Assembly: GCA_963734545.1 (NCBI GenBank) | Contig: CAVTHO010000008.1 | Coordinates: 736,001-800,000 of the forward strand | Length of the DNA stretch: 64,000 nt | DNA from: an uncultured Spirochaetota bacterium | Lineage (GTDB): Bacteria > Spirochaetota > Spirochaetia > SZUA-6 > Fen-1364 | Reading direction: 5' to 3' | In this document: one piece after another, positions 56,515 to 64,000 of the stretch | Layout: every line of letters begins with the position of its first letter | Numbering within the stretch: position 1 is the stretch's first letter | Notes under the pieces: model-generated | Seen by the model: the letters and a program-made list of their open reading frames with translations, nothing else | What the model was told of the DNA's origin: nothing | Databases searched by the model: none | Translations under genes and position numbers: made by a program

Positions 56515-57518
56515 TGCGGCTCCTGCAAAGCGCTGGACGGATCCTGCGCGGGGCTGGACGGATCCTGCGCGGGAACAGCCGGCGCGACTGCCGGCTCGTG
56601 CCGCTTCTTGAGCTCCAGGAACAAAAGAGTCATGAAAACAGGGGTCACAAAGCTCCCGAGCAGGCTGCTCACGTACTGGAAGAGCCCCATCCTCCTCCCC
56701 ATGTCCGCGAGCAGGCTCAGGAGCAGCCTGTTGCTCCCTTCCGTGCCGGAGGCGCCCCGGAGGAGCACCTCGATGAACTGGACGTATCTGCGCAGCCCTG
56801 AAAAAAGCACGATCGGCGTGGCAATGAGCGAAGAGGCGAAGCTCACCATGAGGCCGAAAAGGAGCACGTACCCGAAGACGCGCCACCAATTCCCGTGAAC
56901 GACCGACGTGCTGCGATTGAAGCTCTCCTCGATCTTTGCCCCGTCGATCACGAGGGATTCGAGCGTGACGGCAAAACGAACGGAGAGCCAGATTGTCAGG
57001 GCCAGCGCGGCGCAGCCGAGCAGCCCGCCCAGAAGGAGGGCGACGAGCGTCGCGTTCAATGCGGCGGCCACCGCGGCTGCCGCCCCTGCCGCCGTTGCCG
57101 CCGCGCCGAATGTGACCGAAAGAATCGTGAGCTGGAGAGCCCTCTGGCCGATGAGCCTGCCGTACTTCTTCCCGATCACATGGATGATGACCCGGGGGCT
57201 GGACGCGTCTTCACCCCGTGCGGCCCGGCCAGCGTGCTCGGTGACGCATGCCCGCACCAGAAGCTGAACCAGCCCCTGCGCAAGAACCGCGATCACGAGC
57301 CAGAGATACGCCACGCCGACAGTGGCCAGAACAAGCGTCGGATTGTCTCCCGTCATGCCGCCGACCCTGCCGAAAACGTCGAAGAGACGGCCGTAGGCCC
57401 AGCCTATCAGATAGGAGGTGGGGACGAAGAGAACGCCCCCCAGGATGAGCGTCGTCACCCACGTGCGGGACACGATGTGGAACATGCGATCCAGCAGCTC
57501 GGCGAACATCCTGATCAC
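56511..57518 (-). CDS. Multi-pass membrane protein (GDPD membrane-domain-like)
   Basis: Several TMs, SFNRS..V.GNWWRVFG motif; C-terminal PAQDPSS duplication. Confidence 0.75.
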   Translation of the reverse strand: MIRMFAELLDRMFHIVSRTWVTTLILGGVLFVPTSYLIGWAYGRLFDVFGRVGGMTGDNPTLVLATVGVAYLWLVIAVLAQGLVQLLVRACVTEHAGRAARGEDASSPRVIIHVIGKKYGRLIGQRALQLTILSVTFGAAATAAGAAAAVAAALNATLVALLLGGLLGCAALALTIWLSVRFAVTLESLVIDGAKIEESFNRSTSVVHGNWWRVFGYVLLFGLMVSFASSLIATPIVLFSGLRRYVQFIEVLLRGASGTEGSNRLLLSLLADMGRRMGLFQYVSSLLGSFVTPVFMTLLFLELKKRHEPAVAPAVPAQDPSSPAQDPSSALQEPQ

Positions 57519-57660
57519 TATATCAGAGAATGGTGATTGGAGCGAGCATCACGCACTCGAAAGGCTGGAGCTCGATCGTGCCCGCACCGAGACCGCGGAC
57601 TTCCACCATTCAACGGGCATGGCGACACGATTATGCAACAATGATAGTGTGTGGCGAGAG

Positions 57661-59572
57661 ATGACTCTGAATCCCGCACACCGCCTCGAGAAGAACCGCG
57701 ACGGGCTGGTTACCACGCTGCTTTCGGTGCTCCGCGACATGGCATCCGACAACAGGTACGCGCTGCATCCGCGGCGTCTCGAGCAGCTCGGCCGCGGGAT
57801 GGCAGAGGATCTGCTCGGCTTTCTCTCCTCACCCGACGTGCCGGGCGCGTTCGCTGCCGGCCGGAAGCTGGCCCAGGAAGGCCTGGGGGAAAAACCGCTT
57901 CTTGCCCTCATGTCCCGCATCAGGACCTTTTCCCGGGCGGAGATCGGCTCCGACTCGCCCGCCGCGCTGGACCTCGTCGAGTCATTCACCTCCTCCGTCG
58001 TGGAAGGTTTTATCCGGGCCCGGGAGGAGCAGATCCTTTCGGACCAGGAGCTCGAGCTCCGCATCAAGAATCACGCGATCAACGCGGCCCCTGAAGGCCT
58101 CATGCTCGCCGACCTGGAGGGCAGGATTTCCCATGTGAATTCCTCCTTCCTCTCCCTGTGGGGCTTCGACTCCGCTGAAGAAGTAGTGGGCGCGCACATC
58201 AGCGATTTCCTGACCGGTGAAGAAGCGCGAAGCATCCTCGAAGTCCTCACCCGCACCGGGGGATGGAGGGGCGAGCTGGCCGTGCGCCGCAGGGACCACA
58301 GCAGCCTCACCGTGGAGCTCTCCGCGTCAATGATCAAGGACGAGCAGGGCCGTGCCACCGGTATCATGACCTCGTTCATAGATGTCACGGAAAGGAAGCG
58401 CCTGCAGACGCAGGTCCTCCAGGCCCAGAAGATGGACGCGCTCGGGCTTCTTGCCGGGGGGATCGCCCATGACTTCAACAATCTTCTGACGGCAATCAGC
58501 GCGAACCTGCAGCTCCTCCTTCTCGATGCCCCGAAAGAAACCGAAATGTACCACGACCTCATGCAGATCATGTCCACGGTGGAGAGGGGGACGGCCCTGA
58601 CGCGGCAGCTCGGGTTCTTCACCCGTCAGGCCACCGGAAAACGCCAGATCATTTCACTCAACGACGTGGTCAAGGAAACCTGGGAGATCTTCAAGCACAC
58701 CTTCCCGCCTGAAATCGCCATTCAGCTCTCCCTGGCTCCTTCCCCGTGGACCATCGACGCGGACCCCAACCAGATCAGCCAGGTCCTCGTGAACCTCTGC
58801 GTGAACGCGCGCGACGCCATGATGGATGCGCCCGCCGGGCCGGCCGGCCGCACGATCATGATCGAGACCGCGAACGTCGAGCTGCGCGACGAGGAGGTGG
58901 CGCGTTTTGCCGGGGCCCGGCCCGGCACGCTACGTGCGCCTCACGGTGCGTGACACGGGGGTCGGGATGTCACCCGAGCTCCTCGCGCGCCTGTTCATAC
59001 CTTTCGTCACCACCAAGGGCGCGCGAAGGGGCACCGGCCTCGGCCTGGCGGTGGTGTATGGGATCGTGGCGAGCCATCAGGGCTTCACCGACGTGCAGAG
59101 CGAGCCGGGCAAGGGATCCACATTCCAGATTTTTCTCCCGATGACGGAGCGCCGCGAGGAGTCGCCGGTCGAAAACGCGCCGGCCCCGGCGCTCGTGCAC
59201 GGCCAGGGAAAGATCCTCGTCGTGGATGACGAGCCCCAGGTGCGCGAGGTGATCTCCCGGGTGCTCGTGAGCTGCGGGTACACGGTGCTCACCGCGGAGG
59301 ACGGGCGGGATGCGCTTGTCCGGTTCGGCGACGGCAGTGGAATCGACCTCGTCGTTCTCGACATGGTGATGCCCGAGATGGGGGGACGGGAGTGTCTGGC
59401 CCGTCTGCGGAAAGCGAACGCCGCGGTGCGCGTCGTCATTGCCACCGGCTACACCAGCGACGGCTCGGCGCAGGAGCTCCTCGGCGAGGGGGCCCTGGCA
59501 ATCGTCGAAAAACCCCTTGATATCGCCGCATTCGCCGGCATCGTACAGACAATCCTCGGAAAGGAGGCGTAG
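57661..59572 (+). CDS. Cytoplasmic PAS hybrid histidine kinase-receiver (frameshift near 58925)
   Basis: PAS, AGGIAHDFNN, NLCVNARDAM, DTGVGM, GTGLGL, ILVVDDE, LDMVMP. Confidence 0.92.
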
Positions 59573-59579
59573 GCCTGCC

Positions 59580-60419
59580 ATGAGCATAAAGAGAATCATC
59601 GTGACCGGAGGGAGCGGCAAAGCGGGAAGGGCCCTGGTGCGTGACCTGGTCGAGCGGAAGTACGAGGTGCTCAACCTCGACCTCACACCGCCTGCGGAGA
59701 AGCTTTGTCCCTTTCTCAAGGTCGATCTGACAAAACTCGGGGAGGTCTTCGAGGCGCTTCAGGGTTTCGACGGAATCATCCACCTGGCGGCCATCCCGGC
59801 CCCGGGCCTCTTCCCGGAAGAGGTGACCTTCCGGACGAACATGGAGAGCACCTTCAACGTGTTTCACGCCGCCACGTCCCTGGGCCTGAAAAGAATCGTG
59901 TGGGCATCGAGTGAAACGACCCTCGGACTGCCGTTCGAGAAGGAGCAGCCGTCCTACGCTCCCATCGACGAGAGTCATCCGCTCTACCCTCAATCGAGCT
60001 ACGCATTGTCCAAGGTGCTGAGCGAGGAGATGGCGCGGCAATTCAATCGCAGGACCGCAACACCCATCGTGGGATTGCGGTTCTCCAACATCATGGAGCC
60101 GCAGGACTACGCCGCGTTCCCGTCGTACTGGAAGGATTCCGCCCTGCGGAAGTGGAACCTCTGGGGGTACGTGGACGCGCGCGATGTCGCGCAGGGGTGC
60201 CGCCTGGCCCTGGAGCGCCCGCTGGATGGCGCGCCGGTCTTCATCCTCGCTGCGGCCGACACGGTCATGGACCGGCCCAGCCGGCAGCTGATGGCGGAGC
60301 AGTACCGCCAGGTGCCCGTGCGCGACGTCGGAGAGTTCGAGACGCTCCTTTCCATCGGCAGGGCCCGGGCGAGCCTCGGGTACGCGCCCCGCTTCTCCTG
60401 GCGCACCGAGCTCCGGTAG
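59580..60419 (+). CDS. NAD-dependent epimerase/dehydratase
   Basis: TGGSGKAG, HLAAIP, ASS, YALSK. Confidence 0.9.
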   Translation: MSIKRIIVTGGSGKAGRALVRDLVERKYEVLNLDLTPPAEKLCPFLKVDLTKLGEVFEALQGFDGIIHLAAIPAPGLFPEEVTFRTNMESTFNVFHAATSLGLKRIVWASSETTLGLPFEKEQPSYAPIDESHPLYPQSSYALSKVLSEEMARQFNRRTATPIVGLRFSNIMEPQDYAAFPSYWKDSALRKWNLWGYVDARDVAQGCRLALERPLDGAPVFILAAADTVMDRPSRQLMAEQYRQVPVRDVGEFETLLSIGRARASLGYAPRFSWRTELR

Positions 60420-60422
60420 GTC

Positions 60423-62744
60423 TCACAGCCGTATGACGATGCGATCCGTGTCCTTGTGCGGAGTGATCACGGCTCCCTGAGCCTCCACCAGGAGGGAGCC
60501 GCCTTCTATCCTCACCGTGTCGCGTACATTCCGCAGGCACACGCGCCAGGCCTTCTTCGCGCCGCTCTTCCTGATGGTGATGGCCTGGCCGTCGCGCCGG
60601 ACACTGATCCGTGTCTCTTCATGACCTTCGGAATTGGAGACGACGCCCGCGGCCTCGCGCCCTTCGTCCAGCCCGAATACATGGAAGGTCACGTTGTCGG
60701 CGTGGTCGTAGTCCGGCTTCGTCTCCTCGTGCCCGACCGGGATCACGCTGTGGGGGCGGACCATGAGAGGAACGCTCCTGTAGCCGTGCGTCTCGCTCCT
60801 CCAGCATCCACCCTCCACCGTTTCCCCGGTCAGAAAACTGGTCCAGGTCCCCTTCGGAAGATAATAGGAAACCGCGCCGTCGGCCCTGAAGACGGGGGCC
60901 ACCAGCAGCGAAGGGCCGAGCATGTATTGCCGGTCCAGATACGCGCAGGCCGGATCCTCGGGAAACTCGAGAATCATGGCCCGCATGACGGGGATGCCCT
61001 GGCCCGACGCTTCCGCGGCAGCGGTAAAGAGGTACGGCATCAGGCTGCACTTCAGATGCACAAAAAAGCGCAGGACGTCGACGGATTCCTCGCCGAACAG
61101 CCAGGGCACCCGGTAGGATTCGTTGCCGTGCAGCCGGCTGTGCGAGGAGAGAAGACCGAAAGCAGCCCAGCGGTTGTAGAGATCCGGTGTCGGGGTGTGC
61201 TCGAATCCTCCTATGTCGTGGCTCCAGAACCCGAATCCTGACAGGCCCAGCGACAGCCCCCCCCGCATGCTCTCCGCCATGGACTCGTACGTGGCCGAGG
61301 AGTCACCGCCCCAATGGACCGGGAACTTCTGATTGCCGACAGTGGCCGATCGCGCGAACACGACGGCCTGGTCCCTTCCGCATTCCTCTTCCAGCAGCTC
61401 GAATACCGTGCGGTTGTACAGGTACGTGTAGAAGTTGTGCATTTTCCGGGGGTCGGCGCCGTTGTGGTAGACGACGTCCGTGGGGATACGCTCCCCGAAG
61501 TCGGTCTTGAAGCAGTTCACCCCGGTCCTCACGAGCCTTCTCAGGCAATCCTTGTACCACGTGACGGCGGCAGGGTTGGTGAAATCCACGAGCCCCATGC
61601 CGGCCTGCCACCTGTCCCACTGCCAGACATCCCCCTCCGGCTTTTTCACGAGGAAGCCGCGCGCCACGCCTTCCTCGAACAGCCGGGACTTCTGCGCGAT
61701 GTAGGGATTGATCCAGACGCAGATCCTGAGCCCCTTGCTCTTGAGACGCCGCAGTATCCCTTCGGGGTCGGGGAATTGCTCGCTGTCCCACTCGAAATCG
61801 CACCATTGGAACTCTTTCATCCAGAAACAATCAAAATGGAAGACGTGGAGCGGAATTCGGCGTTCCCTCATTCCGTCTATGAACCGGGTGACCGTTTCTT
61901 CGTCGTAGCTCGTCGTGAAGGAGGTCGTGAGCCAGAGCCCGAAAGACCATGCAGGCGGCAAAGCAGGTCTCCCGGTCAATTCCGTGTAGGTGCGCAGGAC
62001 TTCCTTCGGGGTGGATCCCGCGATGATGTAGTATCTCAGCTCTTCTCCCGGAACGGAGAATTGCGCACGCGACACGACTTCGGAGCCGATCTCGAATGAA
62101 ACCCTCTCGGGGTGCGCCACGAGCACACCGTAGCCGGCGCTCGTCATGTAGAAAGGAATGTTCTTGTAGGCCTGCTCGCTGCTCGTTCCACCGTCCTCGT
62201 TCCACATGTCGACTGCCTGGCCGTTCCTGACGATGGGTGTGAACCGCTCGCCGAGGCCGTACACGCATTCGCCGACACCCAGCGAAAGCTGCTCCCGCAT
62301 GTACCGGGCGCCGTCCGCGTCGATCACGTATCCGGCGTGATTGCTGCCGCTCCCTGTCAGCCGCCGGCCCTCGAACAGGTAGTCGATCCCCCACGCCCCC
62401 TTCGTATTCACCCGCGCGCTCAAACGGCCGCTGGTGAGGCTCACGCTGTCTTCCGCCCGGTCGATGCGCGGCTTCAGCCCCTCGTCGTGTGTCAGCTCGA
62501 ACTCGGGGCCCCTCTTCCGTCCGCCCTCGAAATGGCGGAGATGCACGCAGACCACGTCCCGGATGGGGGCGCTGAGGGTCAGGGTGAGCTGCGGCGTGTT
62601 CAGCGTATCGCCGCGGTGCCGGATCGCCTTGCTGGGCGCGAACACGGTCACCGAATCGATGCCCGTTCGGATGTCCCGGACTTCCACCGGACAGAACAGC
62701 TTCACGCCCTCCCGCAGTCCCCAGTAGCCGCTCGTGAACTTCAT
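60423..62744 (-). CDS. yicI: Alpha-xylosidase, GH31
   Basis: WLTTSF, HFDCFWM, FKTDFGERIP, WGGD, WSHDIGGFE, HSRLHG. Confidence 0.95.
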   Translation of the reverse strand: MKFTSGYWGLREGVKLFCPVEVRDIRTGIDSVTVFAPSKAIRHRGDTLNTPQLTLTLSAPIRDVVCVHLRHFEGGRKRGPEFELTHDEGLKPRIDRAEDSVSLTSGRLSARVNTKGAWGIDYLFEGRRLTGSGSNHAGYVIDADGARYMREQLSLGVGECVYGLGERFTPIVRNGQAVDMWNEDGGTSSEQAYKNIPFYMTSAGYGVLVAHPERVSFEIGSEVVSRAQFSVPGEELRYYIIAGSTPKEVLRTYTELTGRPALPPAWSFGLWLTTSFTTSYDEETVTRFIDGMRERRIPLHVFHFDCFWMKEFQWCDFEWDSEQFPDPEGILRRLKSKGLRICVWINPYIAQKSRLFEEGVARGFLVKKPEGDVWQWDRWQAGMGLVDFTNPAAVTWYKDCLRRLVRTGVNCFKTDFGERIPTDVVYHNGADPRKMHNFYTYLYNRTVFELLEEECGRDQAVVFARSATVGNQKFPVHWGGDSSATYESMAESMRGGLSLGLSGFGFWSHDIGGFEHTPTPDLYNRWAAFGLLSSHSRLHGNESYRVPWLFGEESVDVLRFFVHLKCSLMPYLFTAAAEASGQGIPVMRAMILEFPEDPACAYLDRQYMLGPSLLVAPVFRADGAVSYYLPKGTWTSFLTGETVEGGCWRSETHGYRSVPLMVRPHSVIPVGHEETKPDYDHADNVTFHVFGLDEGREAAGVVSNSEGHEETRISVRRDGQAITIRKSGAKKAWRVCLRNVRDTVRIEGGSLLVEAQGAVITPHKDTDRIVIRL

Positions 62745-62745
62745 G

Positions 62746-63573
62746 TCAGGCCTTCACCGCGCCGGCGACCATGCCCTTGATGATGTGCTTCTGCAGGGCA
62801 AGGTAGAATATGATGGCGGGCGTGATGGTCAGAAGCACCCCTGCCATGGCATAGTGCCACTCGATCTTGTACTGCCCGAAAAAGTTGTACGCGGCGAGCT
62901 GGAGGGTCATGTATTTCTTCGCCCCGCTCAGCACGAGCAGGGGCAGAAGGAAGTCATTCCACATCCACATGGCATTGATGACGATCACCGATACCGTCAC
63001 CGGCTTCAGGAGGGGAAATATCACCTGGAAGAATGCCCGCAGGGGCCGGCAGCCGTCGATGAATGCGCAGTCGTCGAGGTCCTTCGGCACTGTCTTGACG
63101 AATCCATGATACATGAAGAGGGAGAGCGGAACCCCGAGGCCCCAGTAGATGACGGCGAGGCCGTACGTGGTGTTGGTCAGGTGGAGGGTCTTGGCGACTT
63201 TCACCAGGGCGATCATGAAGGATTGAAAAGGGATCATGATCGGGGCCACACACAGCAGGAAAACGAGCCAGCTGTACCGGGTCCTTGTCCGGGAGAGCTT
63301 GTAACCCGCCGTCGCGCTCAACAGCACCACGCCGGAGGTTCCCAGGACCGTGACGAGCAGGGTGTTGAAAAAGAGATTCGGATACTTCATGAGGACGAAT
63401 GCGTTCGAGAAGTTCTCCAGCGTCAGGCGCGTGGGCAGGGCCACGACGTTCGCCATGATCTCGGGGAATGTCTTGAGAGAATTGATCACGACGAGTATCA
63501 GGGGGTACAGGTAGATTGCCGCAACGACGAACATCGGAATCGTGAGGAAAAGCCCTGCGCGGGACCGCTTCAT
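62746..63573 (-). CDS. Carbohydrate ABC transporter permease
   Basis: EAA-like loop DLDDCAFIDG, WNDFL.PL, GMVAGAVK. Confidence 0.93.
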   Translation of the reverse strand: MKRSRAGLFLTIPMFVVAAIYLYPLILVVINSLKTFPEIMANVVALPTRLTLENFSNAFVLMKYPNLFFNTLLVTVLGTSGVVLLSATAGYKLSRTRTRYSWLVFLLCVAPIMIPFQSFMIALVKVAKTLHLTNTTYGLAVIYWGLGVPLSLFMYHGFVKTVPKDLDDCAFIDGCRPLRAFFQVIFPLLKPVTVSVIVINAMWMWNDFLLPLLVLSGAKKYMTLQLAAYNFFGQYKIEWHYAMAGVLLTITPAIIFYLALQKHIIKGMVAGAVKA

Positions 63574-64000
63574 GCCTCCACCTCCCGGCGCTTGAATCCC
63601 GTGAGCTGGAAAACCGTCACGGTCAGTATCAGGAGGAACAGCACCACCGATTTCGCCGTGCCGTATCCGAACCGGTTGTCGCTGAAGGCCGTCCGGTAGA
63701 TATCGAGCGCGATGCTCATCGTTGCGGTTCCCGGCCCTCCGAAGGTGAGGCTGAAAATCACGTCGAAAGTCTTCAGGGCATTGGAGAGAGAATAGAAAAC
63801 ACACACCGTGATCGAAGGCATGATCAGGGGAAGGATGATCCGGAAGAATCTCCCCACGGTCCCCGCCCCGTCGATCACCGCGGCCTCCAGTTGTTCCCGG
63901 GGCACCGTCTGCAGCCCCGCGATGTAGATCACCATGTAGAAGCCTATGGACTGCCACACGGAAACCATCACGACGCTGAGGAACGCCAGCCTGCCGTCTC
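63570..64000 (-). CDS. Carbohydrate ABC transporter permease (partial, N-terminus outside the window)
   Basis: WQSIGFYMVIYIAGLQ, EAAVIDGA, FD...LT.GGP. Confidence 0.93.
   Translation of the reverse strand, partial: DGRLAFLSVVMVSVWQSIGFYMVIYIAGLQTVPREQLEAAVIDGAGTVGRFFRIILPLIMPSITVCVFYSLSNALKTFDVIFSLTFGGPGTATMSIALDIYRTAFSDNRFGYGTAKSVVLFLLILTVTVFQLTGFKRREVEA

Noticed and set aside
56532-56573. 21-bp duplication GCTGGACGGATCCTGCGCGGG
   Set aside because: Simple local duplication in a low-complexity C-terminal tail; no other copies seen
4423-59572. Frameshifts in guaB, fabI, phoH2, oppA, rhomboid, thrC, argA, the radical SAM, the hybrid kinase and others, read as pseudogenes or programmed frameshifts
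   Set aside because: They hit core genes, leave the motifs on both sides intact, often fall in short homopolymers and share no slippery motif; sequencing or consensus error is far more likely

Overview
A GC-rich bacterial chromosome segment, most likely from a free-living spirochaete (inferred from flgM with a sigma28-type promoter, an HATPase-HDOD protein, an MBL-cNMP-hemerythrin protein, and spirochaete-style outer-membrane proteins and lipoproteins). It holds about 60 mostly housekeeping genes: guaB, xth, fabI, phoH2, galU, aroK, hisA, HU, mutT, nth, carD, fprA, oppA, rlmE, lysC-thrB-thrC, serS, proC, recQ, ABC-F, argA, yicI and sugar ABC permeases. Many core genes carry single-base frameshifts, most simply explained as long-read or consensus errors. 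I found no tRNA, rRNA, CRISPR array, transposase or phage gene. The main signals worth follow-up are: (1) a nested system of dispersed palindromic micro-repeats, including a 23-nt AACTCC...GGAAG hairpin module seen in filled versus empty host palindromes, with covarying stems and in-frame copies in coding regions; (2) two inverted structured elements bracketing the yjbQ-thr operon; (3) a candidate lipid-signal module of an enolase-superfamily enzyme, a V4R/H-NOX-GAF-HD-GYP protein and an acyltransferase; (4) an MBL-cNMP-hemerythrin protein divergent from an HATPase-HDOD protein; (5) two apparent pseudo-enzymes. All family assignments come from motif recognition by eye, not from database searches.
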